64,000 nucleotides of DNA from Nitrospirota bacterium (GTDB lineage: Bacteria > Nitrospirota > UBA9217), in NCBI GenBank assembly GCA_963663225.1, contig OY760142.1, positions 1,019,740 to 1,083,739 of the forward strand. Reading direction: 5' to 3'. A program made the translations under genes and the position numbers. The stretch's first letter is position 1; every line of letters begins with the position of its first letter. The notes under the pieces were generated by a model. That model saw nothing but the letters and a program-made list of their open reading frames with translations. It did no database searches and was not told where the DNA came from. This document shows, in pieces, positions 10,069-20,336 of the stretch.

Positions 10069-10097
10069 ATTTTACCTGTCCGGGCCGATAAAATCAA
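10069..10097 (-). promoter_or_regulatory. Sigma70-type promoter of the ferredoxin gene
   Basis: Minus strand TTGATT, 17 nt spacer, TAAAAT. Confidence 0.65.
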
Positions 10098-10446
10098 GTA
10101 AGAAATGGGTGTTTTTTTAAGAACCACTGTGCATACACTAATGATTATCCCCCACCAAAAAATCCAGTTCAGCAATAAATACGCGCCGAACAGTGTCCAG
10201 CGCATCTCCTGACGAAAGGAAAATAATTTTTTATTGTTTTCTTTCTTCAAGTATGGTACTTTTGCAAAATGAACACTGCGGTTCAATCTCGACAGAAAGG
10301 TGCGATCAAGAAGACTCCTCCCAACAGGCGCGAACTCATCCAGACCAAGGAAGACTCCCTTTTCTCTCGCTCCAGTTACTCCCACGATTTCGAAGCACTG
10401 AACAGAGAACCTTCCAGAACGCTTCCGATCCTACATTAAAAGGCCG

Positions 10447-12105
10447 ATGCTTAACCAATTTCTTTCGAAGATAGATTTCAGTTCTTATGATGATTTTATT
10501 CAAAATTTCCGCATCATGGTGCCGGAGCATTTCAATTTTGCCTTTGATGTCGTGGATGATATAGCAGCACGCCAGCCGCAGAAAATCGCCTTGGTCTGGT
10601 GCGATGAAAATGGGAACAGAGCTGAGTTTACGTTTGCCCAATTAAATCACTACGCCAATAAAGCCACAAACTTTTTCCTGTCGCACGGCATCCGTAAGGG
10701 CGACCCCGTGATGCTTATTCTCAAGAGGCGCTATGAGTTCTGGTTCTGCCTTCTTGCCCTTCACAAAATCGGCGCAATTTGCATCCCGGCCACGCACCTT
10801 CTTACCCACAAAGACATCATCTACCGCAACAATGCAGCCGATGTCAAGATGATCGTAAGCGTATCGGATCCTCTCGTCATCGAACATGTCGAGAAATCTG
10901 AAGCTCAATCCCCCACCCTGAAGCTGAAAGCCCTGGTCAATGGAAACCGCGACGGATGGCTGAATTTTAATATGGAAATGGAACACGCGTCCGAACATGT
11001 CGAGCGCCCGACCGGCGGCGACGCAAACGCAAACGAAGACATCTCGCTTCTCTATTTTACTTCCGGAACGACCGGAATGCCGAAGATGGTGCAGCATGAC
11101 TTTACCTACCCTCTCGGCCATATTCTTACGGCCAAATACTGGCAGAACGTCAGGAAAGACGGGCTCCACTTTACCGTCGCCGATACGGGATGGGCAAAGG
11201 CAGTCTGGGGCAAAATATACGGCCAATGGCTTGCAGGCTCCACTGTATTTATTTATGACTACGATAAGTTCGACCCCAGGAAGCTTCTTGATGTTATCGT
11301 GAAGTACAAAATAACCACATTCTGTGCGCCGCCCACGGTCTATCGTTTTTTTATCAAGGAAGACCTTTCAAAATATGATTTCAGCAGCCTGCAGTACTGT
11401 GTTGTCGCCGGCGAACCGTTGAACCCCGAAGTCTATTCCCAATTTCTGAACGCAACCGGAATCCGACTGATGGAAGGTTACGGACAAACGGAAATGACCG
11501 CCGCGATCGCCACCTTTCCATGGATGCAGCCAAAGCCGGGATCAATGGGAAAACCGTCTCCTTGGTATGACATCGACCTTCTGGACGAAGATGGAAACTC
11601 CTGCGGCATCGGCAAGGAAGGGCAGATTGTGGTCCGCACCAACGCACGCAAACCGGTCGGCATGTTTGGCGGATACTACCGCGACCTAGAGCGCACAAAA
11701 GGCGCCTGGCATGACGGAATCTACTATACAGGCGACATGGCATGGAAAGACGAAGACGGCTACTATTGGTTTGTCGGCCGGGCGGACGACCTCATAAAAA
11801 GCTCCGGATATGCAATCGGGCCGTTCGAAGTCGAAAGCGCGCTGCATGAACACCCCGCAGTGCTCGAATGCGCCATCACCGGCGCTCCCGATCCGGTCCG
11901 GGGGCAGGTCGTCAAGGCAAGCATCGTGCTGGCCAAAGGATACGCTCCCAGCGACGCTCTTGTGCATGAGCTGCAGGAGCATGTAAAAAAAGTAACCGCG
12001 CCCTATAAATATCCGCGCATCATAGAATTTGTCCCCGCACTTCCCAAAACGATCAGCGGCAAGATACGCAGGGTCGAGATCAGACAGAAAAGCGCCGCTC
12101 AGTGA
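10447..12105 (+). CDS. AMP-binding acyl-CoA synthetase (acetate/medium-chain type)
   Basis: [44 protein letters not shown]. Confidence 0.92.
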   Translation: MLNQFLSKIDFSSYDDFIQNFRIMVPEHFNFAFDVVDDIAARQPQKIALVWCDENGNRAEFTFAQLNHYANKATNFFLSHGIRKGDPVMLILKRRYEFWFCLLALHKIGAICIPATHLLTHKDIIYRNNAADVKMIVSVSDPLVIEHVEKSEAQSPTLKLKALVNGNRDGWLNFNMEMEHASEHVERPTGGDANANEDISLLYFTSGTTGMPKMVQHDFTYPLGHILTAKYWQNVRKDGLHFTVADTGWAKAVWGKIYGQWLAGSTVFIYDYDKFDPRKLLDVIVKYKITTFCAPPTVYRFFIKEDLSKYDFSSLQYCVVAGEPLNPEVYSQFLNATGIRLMEGYGQTEMTAAIATFPWMQPKPGSMGKPSPWYDIDLLDEDGNSCGIGKEGQIVVRTNARKPVGMFGGYYRDLERTKGAWHDGIYYTGDMAWKDEDGYYWFVGRADDLIKSSGYAIGPFEVESALHEHPAVLECAITGAPDPVRGQVVKASIVLAKGYAPSDALVHELQEHVKKVTAPYKYPRIIEFVPALPKTISGKIRRVEIRQKSAAQ

Positions 12106-12327
12106 CAACACAATAGCTCTCGTGCAACGAAATTGCACACCTTATCCCGGCAAAAAATCGCTCTAACTCCTGCAACTTGCAACAATGCTAGGCCCAAAGA
12201 ACCGCTGCCTTCCAGGATATCCCTACGGTCCCCTTGAAAGATGTCTTGTCGTCGCATACGATTGCCCTTTTTGCAACTTTATGTTACCATCAGAAAATCT
12301 TTGCCACAGAAGGAAAAGGAACTCTGT

Positions 12328-14916
12328 ATGTCCACGACCACCTTAACAAGCCTCCGGGTCAGGCTTTTAGTATTAATTATCGCAGCGGTTATCCCTGCAC
12401 TGGTATTTATATTTTATACAGCTTCCGAACAAAGAAATCGCAGAGAAGCCGAAATACGTGAGCAAACAATGCGCGTTGCCAAGCTCGCAACAAACAATAT
12501 TGAGCAACTTGTCGAAGGGTCACATCAACTCCTCATCGGATTATCTAAATTACCGGCAATTCGTAATTATGATTCATCAGGCTGCAATAATTATTTTTCT
12601 GCCGTCAAAGAACAGTTGCCCATGTATGCCAATATCGCCGCAGTGAAACCGAACGGCGATGTGTTTTGCAGCGCAATCCCTATCGAAAAGAAAATAAATC
12701 TCGCAGATCGTATCTTTTTCCAGTCCGCGATGCAAGACAACGGGTATTCTATCGGAGAATATGTCATCGCTCGTGTTTATGAAAAACCCTCGTTCGCATT
12801 AGGGCAACCGGTCCTGGACAGGAATCAACGCGTAATTGCAGTCATTTATGTTTCTCTGGATTTGAATTGGTTTAAAGATCAACTGAGTAAGATACAGGTG
12901 TCCGATAATGCGATCCTGACCGTGCTCGACCGCAAGCAGACAATTCTGTATCGCTATCCCAATACGGACAAAGCGATGGGACAAACGTTGTCAGGTACGG
13001 AGCTTACAAAGAAAATTGCCGATTTGGATGAGGGCATAGTTGTTGCCAAGAGTGCGATGGACGGCATTACACGGATATGGGCTTTTAATCAGGTGCCGGG
13101 CACCAATAGAAGTATGTCTGTCAGGTATGGAATATCCCGCGAAGCGGCTTTTGCCGACATTAACCGGATGCTTATTAAAAACCTGTTAATCCTCCTGATC
13201 ATTACCGGTATTGTTCTTATCATTGCTTGGTTTGGCGGAGAGTATTTCATTATGCGACGCATGAAACTCCTCACCCGGGCAACAGAAGAGCTTTCTAAAG
13301 GCAATCTCAGTGCAAGGGTTGACATACGCGGCAGACAAGATGAAATCAACCAATTGGGTGATAGTTTCAACAAAATGGCGGAATCACTAGAGCGTCATAT
13401 TCAAGAACGCAAAAAAACCGAGGAACAATACCGCGCTCTTTTTGAAGAATCGAAAGATATGATTTTTATGAGCACACCGCAAGGGAAATATCTGGACATT
13501 AACCCCGCGGGCGTGGAACTGCTGGGATATTCTTCCAAGGAAGAAGTGCTCGATTTAGACATATCAAGAGACATTTTTGTAAATTCGGAAGATAGAAAAG
13601 CATACGAACAGATTCTGAAGCAAAAAGGGTTTGTGAAGGAGTATGAGCTTGAATTTAAAAGAAAAGACGGAAAACAATTGACCGTATTATCAACGACGAC
13701 AACGTTATTAAATAATAATGGCGACATTGTAGCATATCGGGGAATTAATCGAGACATTACTGAGCATAAGAGACTTGAGCAGCAGTTTATCCAGGCCCAG
13801 AAGATGGAAGCAGTCGGGCAACTTTCAGGCGGGATTGCACATGATTTTAATAATATACTTACTGCAATAATCGGCTACGGAAGCATTTTGAAAACCAAAC
13901 TGCCACAATCCGGCTTTTTACATGAATATGTCAACAACATCCTCACCTCCTCGGAAAAAGCCGCAAATTTGGTGAAAAATCTGCTCGCCTTCAGCAGAAA
14001 GCAGATACTCAATCCGCTCCCTGTCGATATCAACACCATTGTAACGGGCATGCAGAATATATTAGAACGAATTATCGGCGAGGATATAGAATTTACTGTC
14101 AAGGCTGCCGACCATGATTTAATCGTCAAAGCCGACAAAACCCAGATAGAGCAGGTGCTTATGAATCTGGCAACAAACGCTCGTGATGCAATGCCTTCCG
14201 GCGGGAAATTGACAATATCTGCTGCCGAAGTGCTGATAGATGAACGATTCATAAAAGTCCACCAATACGGCAGTCTCGGCACCTATGCAGTTATTTCAGT
14301 GACGGACACTGGCATCGGTATTGAAAAAGCTGCTTTGGAACATATTTTTGACCCTTTTTTCACAACAAAAGAAGTCAATAAAGGCACCGGTCTGGGACTG
14401 GCGATGGTTTACGGGACTATTAAGCAGCACGACGGCTTCATCAATGTCTATAGCGAACCGGGCATCGGCACTACCTTCAAGCTGTATCTTCCGTTAACAG
14501 CGGTACCAAATCAACAAATCGACAACCTGCCTGCGGCCTCCGTTTCTTCCGGCAACGAAACAATCTTATTGGTTGAAGATAATGACCCGGTCAGAAAAGT
14601 TACTCGAACTATCCTTGAAGAGGCCGGATACAAGATTTTGGAGGCTGCCAGTGGAAAGCAGGCTATAGAATGCTTCCGAGAAAACCTGGATAAGATAGAC
14701 CTCGTTATTACTGATGTGATTATGCCGGAACTCAGCGGCCACGATGTGCATAGTGAGTTACAAAAGATACAGCCTGATGTAAAAATAATTTATGTGAGCG
14801 GATATGCAGCCGACATCCTTGAACAAAAAGGGATGCACAACGATACAATAAACTTCATATCAAAACCATTGCAGCCCGACGTTCTTTTAACAAAAATACG
14901 AGAAATTCTGAGCTGA
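12328..14916 (+). CDS. Hybrid sensor histidine kinase (Cache-HAMP-PAS-HisKA-HATPase-REC)
   Basis: Two TM segments, HAMP (DEINQLGDSFNKM), PAS, GGIAHDFNN, FFTTK..GTGLGL, REC with LVITDVIMP. Confidence 0.93.
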   Translation: MSTTTLTSLRVRLLVLIIAAVIPALVFIFYTASEQRNRREAEIREQTMRVAKLATNNIEQLVEGSHQLLIGLSKLPAIRNYDSSGCNNYFSAVKEQLPMYANIAAVKPNGDVFCSAIPIEKKINLADRIFFQSAMQDNGYSIGEYVIARVYEKPSFALGQPVLDRNQRVIAVIYVSLDLNWFKDQLSKIQVSDNAILTVLDRKQTILYRYPNTDKAMGQTLSGTELTKKIADLDEGIVVAKSAMDGITRIWAFNQVPGTNRSMSVRYGISREAAFADINRMLIKNLLILLIITGIVLIIAWFGGEYFIMRRMKLLTRATEELSKGNLSARVDIRGRQDEINQLGDSFNKMAESLERHIQERKKTEEQYRALFEESKDMIFMSTPQGKYLDINPAGVELLGYSSKEEVLDLDISRDIFVNSEDRKAYEQILKQKGFVKEYELEFKRKDGKQLTVLSTTTTLLNNNGDIVAYRGINRDITEHKRLEQQFIQAQKMEAVGQLSGGIAHDFNNILTAIIGYGSILKTKLPQSGFLHEYVNNILTSSEKAANLVKNLLAFSRKQILNPLPVDINTIVTGMQNILERIIGEDIEFTVKAADHDLIVKADKTQIEQVLMNLATNARDAMPSGGKLTISAAEVLIDERFIKVHQYGSLGTYAVISVTDTGIGIEKAALEHIFDPFFTTKEVNKGTGLGLAMVYGTIKQHDGFINVYSEPGIGTTFKLYLPLTAVPNQQIDNLPAASVSSGNETILLVEDNDPVRKVTRTILEEAGYKILEAASGKQAIECFRENLDKIDLVITDVIMPELSGHDVHSELQKIQPDVKIIYVSGYAADILEQKGMHNDTINFISKPLQPDVLLTKIREILS

Positions 14917-15120
14917 TATGACCATCACAAACTTGATTCAAGCTTGCTCACACAAGTCATTCCCGAACACACTATACGGCTTATGCGATATCCCAATCTG
15001 CCTACTCAAATTTTCGGAGCCCCCTGTTTTCCAGATATCTGCTAAAATGTAATCATTCCACAAGGCAACGCTCTTCAGCACATACTGAGTTTTCAGCGCG
15101 GGTACGCAAACGAAACGCTC

Positions 15121-15999
15121 ATGGACACTGCTGCCAATCCATTCCAACTCAACTCAGCCGAGGAACGCTTCGTCCTGGCACACGCCATCGTACCGGAACA
15201 GATCCCTTCGATGATGACGGCAATTTCGCACGCCGAGCCTCTTTGCATCGGAGATTGTCTCTGTTTTGCAAAGGACGATTGGGTAATTTTCATCGGGTAT
15301 CCTCTCAGCACGCAATTTGTTGCGAGCGACTGTGATACACTGATTGTGCGTATCCTCGCTCAATTCCATCCCGATTATTTCTGGTTCATCGGTCCTGAAA
15401 TACCCTCTTCCCTTGCTGAATCTTGTCGCGTGCGCCAGAGCGATCAATATCTGCGACTCGATATCTCGCAGTCAATTATTCCTTCAGCCTTGCAGCGCGA
15501 AGTGGGACAGGCCGCCCGGACACTGACCGTAGAGCGCACGCGAGCATTCACGCGCGAGCATGAGCAACTAGCAAAAGAACTGGAGAGCCGAGAGGACCTT
15601 CCCCTCATGATTAAAGAGTTGTACCGGTCCATGCCCGACTACATAGCTCAATGCAAAACAGCGCAGGTGTTGAACGCGCGAGACCGACACGGCGCGCTAG
15701 CCGCTTTTTTTGTTGTCGAGACCGCGGCTGAACACTTTGACGCATATGTACTGGGGTGCCATTCCAAAAAGAACTATATACCACACGCCTCTGATCTGCT
15801 CTTTGCCGACATGATCGATTCCGCGCGGGACCGCGGCAAGCAAAGCATCAACCTGGGTCTGGGTGTTAACGAAGGCATTCGTCGCTTTAAAGCAAAATGG
15901 GGCGGCAGACCGTACTTGCATTACGAATTCTGCGAATGTTATTATGGTCCTCCGGCGCCGATTTCCCTGCTTGGCGCGCTCCTGGACGGGAAGCCGTAA
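15121..15999 (+). CDS. Uncharacterised GNAT/FemABX-like fold protein (paralog 1)
   Basis: C-terminal ASDLLF..MI..A...G...INLGLGVNEGIRRFKAKWG pattern typical of GNAT-like folds; clearly paralogous to 16847-17680. Confidence 0.65.
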   Translation: MDTAANPFQLNSAEERFVLAHAIVPEQIPSMMTAISHAEPLCIGDCLCFAKDDWVIFIGYPLSTQFVASDCDTLIVRILAQFHPDYFWFIGPEIPSSLAESCRVRQSDQYLRLDISQSIIPSALQREVGQAARTLTVERTRAFTREHEQLAKELESREDLPLMIKELYRSMPDYIAQCKTAQVLNARDRHGALAAFFVVETAAEHFDAYVLGCHSKKNYIPHASDLLFADMIDSARDRGKQSINLGLGVNEGIRRFKAKWGGRPYLHYEFCECYYGPPAPISLLGALLDGKP

Positions 16000-16019
16000 A
16001 TCGCAACCAATTACCTTGT

Positions 16020-16850
16020 ATGAAAATGAAGTTTTTCCCCTGGACAATGCATAAACCGCTTCGCATGATCTGGCGCGTGGAGAAAAACGGACTGGCGTCG
16101 CATCTCGTAGGTACGGCTCATTTTTTTCCGTACAGCTTTCGCAGGCCGCTGAAGCGCCTGGTCCGGAACGTTTCGACCGTGATGTTCGAAGGCCCGCTCG
16201 ATGAGGCAAGTTTCGGGAGAATTGCAGAGCACGGAAAGCATGACGAAAATAATCAGGCGTTTTTCGATCTCCTCACGCCCGAAGCAATTACTGCGATTGA
16301 CTGCATCCTGCGCGAGCGTGACGGACGGGGAAAAACAGGAGACACGTGGCTTTTGTCACTGGATGAAAAGGGGCCGGTTTATTTCGAGTCATTCACAAGC
16401 GGGCTCCGCCCCTGGGCCGCGTTTTTTGCAATCTGGCGTGCGTATCTCGACTGGCAACACTCAGTTGACATGGAAGCATACCGGATCGCCCGGGCGGCCG
16501 GAAAAAAAATCTGTTTTCTCGAAACGCTCGAAGAACAGCTTTCCGTCCTGGACAACATTCCCCTGGACCGCCTCGCGCGGCAATTAAACGACGTTGCGAA
16601 CTGGCCGGACTATAAAAAAAAGTACGTTAAAATGTACCTTGACGGAGATCTGGACAAAATAATGGATTTGACCGGACGTTTTGCCGCGCGCGGTTCCGCG
16701 CTCGCGGCGCGCGACCGGGTTCTATTTGAGCGGAGCCAGCCGGTCTTCGCATGCGAGGATGCCCTTGCTTTTGTCGGTTTTCCCCACATACCCGGAGTGA
16801 CCAAACTATTCCGCGATGCAGGATACTCCGTTACGCAGGTGTCTTCATGA
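16020..16850 (+). CDS. TraB/GumN (Tiki-like) family protein without signal peptide
   Basis: HLVGTAHF, FEGP, LETLEEQL, RD, VGFPHIPG match the family motif order. Confidence 0.8.
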   Translation: MKMKFFPWTMHKPLRMIWRVEKNGLASHLVGTAHFFPYSFRRPLKRLVRNVSTVMFEGPLDEASFGRIAEHGKHDENNQAFFDLLTPEAITAIDCILRERDGRGKTGDTWLLSLDEKGPVYFESFTSGLRPWAAFFAIWRAYLDWQHSVDMEAYRIARAAGKKICFLETLEEQLSVLDNIPLDRLARQLNDVANWPDYKKKYVKMYLDGDLDKIMDLTGRFAARGSALAARDRVLFERSQPVFACEDALAFVGFPHIPGVTKLFRDAGYSVTQVSS

Positions 16851-17680
16851 TTACACCGGAAGAACAGGGACATATCATCGAGCATGCATATGTGCCGGAG
16901 CACCTCCCGCATTATGTCACCGCAATCTCCCGGACCGAGCCGTTCTTAATCGACGATTTCGTCGTCCATGTCGCCGGTACGCATTTGATTTTCGTCGGGT
17001 ATCCGCTGTCCGATGGTGCTGATGAATCGAGAATGCTGAAAGCGCTCGATGGAGCAAAAGAGCGCTTTGCGCCGGACTCCTTTTCCGTTATCGCTCCCGC
17101 GCGCGCGGGAGCGACCAATGATTCCGTGCCGGCTGCTGATGCATATTACCGTCTTGATCTGTCTCAGGCGGTCATGACCAGGAAAACAGAAAACATGCTG
17201 AGGCGCGCGCGCGGCGAATTGACCGTTTCAGTCGGCAAAATCGGCTGGGCGCACAAATGGCTGATACGGAAGTTCACGCGCACACATAACTTCGATGCAG
17301 CGCAGCGGTTCATCTTCAAGCGCGTGCCCCGCTACGCCAAATGCGCCGCCACGGTCGTTTTTGAAGCGCGCAACGCTCGCGGCAATCTGGTCGCATTCGA
17401 TGTCGCCGAGTTCGGCGCCCTGCACTACGCGTTTTATATGTTCAACTTCCGCTCGAGCAGACACTGCGTTCCTGGCGCCTCCGATCTGCTGCTCGCGCAC
17501 ATCATCGAGTATGCGCAGGCAGAAGGCAAACGATACATTAATCTGGGGCTGGGAATTGATCCGGGCATCACATTTTTTAAAAAGAAATGGGGTGCTACGC
17601 CGTTTCTGCAATGCGTGTCGTGGATGGAGGAATGCGACGCGCAGAAATCAATGGAGAGCCTGTTCGACCAGCTCTCGTGA
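16847..17680 (+). CDS. Uncharacterised GNAT/FemABX-like fold protein (paralog 2)
   Basis: ATGA overlap with the upstream gene; AYVPEH, IFVGYPL, ASDLLL, INLGLGIDPGITFFKKKWG. Confidence 0.65.
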   Translation: MITPEEQGHIIEHAYVPEHLPHYVTAISRTEPFLIDDFVVHVAGTHLIFVGYPLSDGADESRMLKALDGAKERFAPDSFSVIAPARAGATNDSVPAADAYYRLDLSQAVMTRKTENMLRRARGELTVSVGKIGWAHKWLIRKFTRTHNFDAAQRFIFKRVPRYAKCAATVVFEARNARGNLVAFDVAEFGALHYAFYMFNFRSSRHCVPGASDLLLAHIIEYAQAEGKRYINLGLGIDPGITFFKKKWGATPFLQCVSWMEECDAQKSMESLFDQLS

Positions 17681-17733
17681 CCAGAAACAGCGCATGCGAG
17701 CCGACGCCGTTTTTTTCGTGAAGGAATCTATCT

Positions 17734-17961
17734 ATGGAATTCTTATTAAAAATACCGTGGGGAATCGTGATTCTTGCCTGCCTCACCCTGGGCCTCGCCC
17801 CTTTCAATCCACCGCACATCTGGGAAAAACTGTCGATGCTTTTTCACGGAAAGCTCGTGCGGCCTCTTGATTGGTTCGATTTTGCACTGCACGGAACACC
17901 ATGGGTTCTGTTGATAACAAAGTCAATAGCGGCCCTCATCCAAATCCAGAAACAGCCATAG
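17734..17961 (+). CDS. Small conserved membrane protein
   Basis: 75 aa, hydrophobic; LGLAPFNPPHIWEKL and DWFDFALHG motifs; AAGGA upstream. Confidence 0.75.
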   Translation: MEFLLKIPWGIVILACLTLGLAPFNPPHIWEKLSMLFHGKLVRPLDWFDFALHGTPWVLLITKSIAALIQIQKQP

Positions 17962-17989
17962 AGCCCTTCTGCGAGCGGGCGCCGGGCAT

Positions 17990-18487
17990 TCATGCTTTTT
18001 TGGCCGGTTTCCGCGCTCCAAGCTGTTGTTCGAGAATTGCGACCGCGTCCTGCACAAGTCTGGGACAGAGCGTTTCAAACAGCTGTTCGCGTTTGGCCGC
18101 TTCCATCTCCACAGGAATGCTGATATCATGCCCCAGCAATTCTCGGCATACGATAGAACCGTTCCTGTCTGAAAATTCCGTTATAAATTTCTTCGCCAGA
18201 TCGTATGTTTTTTCCCGAGCCGCGTCATCGCCCTTTTTTGCTTTTCCGTGATTCAACCCCACTACCATAAGAGCACCGGTCACCGCTCCGCAGGTATCTC
18301 CCCGGCGCGCCATGCCACCGCCGAACGCGCACGCGACTTTCAGCGACTGTGTGCGGTTGATCCCGAACCGGGGAGCATATGCGCACAGCACTGATTGGGA
18401 ACAACTAAAACCGCTCCTGAAACAGCTGACCGCCTTTTCCGCCGGAGAGAGCCTTTTTCTTTTTCGTGTTTGTTTTTTTCCGGTCAT
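17990..18487 (-). CDS. C-GCAxxG-C-C family putative redox protein
   Basis: CSQSV, CAFGGG, TCGAVTG, CREL, CP; 4-nt overlap with the AOR stop codon. Confidence 0.88.
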   Translation of the reverse strand: MTGKKQTRKRKRLSPAEKAVSCFRSGFSCSQSVLCAYAPRFGINRTQSLKVACAFGGGMARRGDTCGAVTGALMVVGLNHGKAKKGDDAAREKTYDLAKKFITEFSDRNGSIVCRELLGHDISIPVEMEAAKREQLFETLCPRLVQDAVAILEQQLGARKPAKKA

Positions 18488-20181
18488 GGGTTTTCTCCCC
18501 GCATTCGATAGTATTTATCCAGCTCTTCGGTGAACCGTTTTTTGTCAACTGGTGGAATATCGATCCCTTCTCCCGAAGAGCCCGCCTCAGTATAAAACCG
18601 TTCCGGCAAGAAATCGTCCTTTTTGGTAAATCCATTCCTGGTGTTGTACGCCCGTTCGGTAAGAACAATTGTTTCTCCGATCTTCATAAGGCCCTGCCCC
18701 GAGAACGGCAGCCCCGTTGCCGCGGCCAGCAGGTGGGCATACTCCTCAAGGGATGCTCCGAGAAAAGCGAAAGCGCACACACAGAGAGAATCAACCATCG
18801 CGTTGTTATCTTCCGCAATCTTGATCATCCGGGCCTTTCCATCAAAGCTGAAACGGTCCACCGCCACGGGCTTGCGCAGGATTTCCTGGCTGATCGGATA
18901 CGCGCGCAAATGACATCCGCCGCGCGTGGACGTGGCATAGGCAAGCGCAATGCCGTAGGAACCGCGTGGATCGTAGGCGGGAAGCTCCAGCCCCTTCACG
19001 TTCATGGAACACTGCGGTTTCCCCAGATCGGCACACAGCCTTTTTGAACCTTCCGCGAGCCGGTCCCCTTCTCTCTCGCGCTTCGCAGTTTGCAGAAGCA
19101 TTTCGAGGATCTCGGTTCCTGAAAGAAACGCACCCCGGACCTCTCCAAAAGCCGCGACCGTCGCCGCAGCGGAGATGGTGTCCATTCCGAGGTTGTTGCA
19201 CAGCAAATTTGCCTCTACAATGGAGTCTGCGTCGGCGTTTGCGTTCAAGGCACCGAAATGCGACAGGGTCTCATACTCCGGCAGGGGCCTGCCGCAGGAA
19301 AGCATCTTTTTACACTGGATGGGACAAGCAACGCATCCATGCTTTTTATAGCCGAACTCTTTTTTAAGGCTCGGGCCAGAATACGCGGCCGCCTGCGGAA
19401 AAAACGTTTTGCTGAAGTTTTCCGTGGGCGCCATCTTGCGCTGGCCCACAATATCAACGAGCATCGCGGTCCCAAACTCTCCCAGCCCCAGTTCTCCCAT
19501 GACGGCAGGTGATGCCCTCAAAAGCCGCATTACATCTTCCTGTGCCTTTTTAAATGCGGCCGGATCCGCGACCGATACCTTCTGGGATCCATTGACCACA
19601 ATCGCTTTCAGGTTCTTTGATCCCATTACAGCGCCGAGTCCGCCCCGGCCGGCAGAGTTCGCGCCGCCGATCATGATATTGGCAAACCGGACTCGTTTTT
19701 CTCCAGCGGGACCGATGCAAGCAGTGCACCCGGCGGATTCAAGAAGCCTGTTTGTCTCCAGACATCCCTTGCCCCAAAGGTGCGCTGCGTCGTGAATTTC
19801 GATCTTGTCCTCAACGATTTGAAGATAGACCGGGGACGGAGCCCTGCCGGTAATGCACAGGCCGTCATAGCCGGCCGCCTTCAGACGGAGGGGAAAGGTG
19901 CCGCCCACCGATGAATCGGTTATTGTTCCGGTAAGAGGCGACCGTGAGACCACGGCCAACCGAGACGAGGCAGGCGCGGGGGTGCCGCACAACGGTCCGT
20001 TCATGAAAAGAAGGGGCATGTTGTAGTCAAACGGATCGAGACTGAAAAAATCCTTCATCATCGCCATGCCGAGCCCCCTGCCGCCGATATGCGAAGAAAG
20101 GGCCTCGGCGTCTAAACTCTCGGTCCGGATCTTGTTTGCAGAAAGATCGACATAAAGCATTTTTCCATGCCATGCGTGCAT
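18484..20181 (-). CDS. aor: Aldehyde:ferredoxin oxidoreductase (W/Mo-pterin AOR family)
   Basis: IGGRGLG, SPLTG..DSSVGG, IGPAGE, GRGGLGAVMGSKNLKAI, GCVACPIQC, PEYET, GMDTIS, RGGCHL. Confidence 0.92.
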   Translation of the reverse strand: MHAWHGKMLYVDLSANKIRTESLDAEALSSHIGGRGLGMAMMKDFFSLDPFDYNMPLLFMNGPLCGTPAPASSRLAVVSRSPLTGTITDSSVGGTFPLRLKAAGYDGLCITGRAPSPVYLQIVEDKIEIHDAAHLWGKGCLETNRLLESAGCTACIGPAGEKRVRFANIMIGGANSAGRGGLGAVMGSKNLKAIVVNGSQKVSVADPAAFKKAQEDVMRLLRASPAVMGELGLGEFGTAMLVDIVGQRKMAPTENFSKTFFPQAAAYSGPSLKKEFGYKKHGCVACPIQCKKMLSCGRPLPEYETLSHFGALNANADADSIVEANLLCNNLGMDTISAAATVAAFGEVRGAFLSGTEILEMLLQTAKREREGDRLAEGSKRLCADLGKPQCSMNVKGLELPAYDPRGSYGIALAYATSTRGGCHLRAYPISQEILRKPVAVDRFSFDGKARMIKIAEDNNAMVDSLCVCAFAFLGASLEEYAHLLAAATGLPFSGQGLMKIGETIVLTERAYNTRNGFTKKDDFLPERFYTEAGSSGEGIDIPPVDKKRFTEELDKYYRMRGENP

Positions 20182-20187
20182 ACGGTG

Positions 20188-20217
20188 ATGATAATCTATT
20201 TGACGCGCCAGGGTCAA
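20188..20217 (-). promoter_or_regulatory. Sigma70-type promoter of aor, overlapping a TTGAC-N8-GTCAA palindrome
   Basis: Minus strand TTGACC, 18 nt spacer, TATCAT, then 6 nt to ATG 20181; palindrome at 20200-20217. Confidence 0.6.
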
Positions 20218-20300
20218 CTGAAAACCGTTTAACGCTGCACTTTCCTTTATATTCTTTCGCGATATTCAGGCATCAACACACATCCGGCGGTACATTTCTT

Positions 20301-20329
20301 TTGACAGTCCTTCCCAATCCCTCTATAAT
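20301..20329 (+). promoter_or_regulatory. Consensus sigma70 promoter of gpsA
   Basis: TTGACA (20301-20306), 17 nt spacer, TATAAT (20324-20329). Confidence 0.88.
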
Positions 20330-20336
20330 TCCTAGT

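Noticed and set aside
10038-10205. 55-aa hydrophobic ORF (MRWTLFGAYLLLNWIFWWG...) upstream of the ferredoxin
   Set aside because: The SD-like AGGAG abuts the ATG with no spacer and the ORF runs through the ferredoxin promoter. It cannot be supported without homologs.
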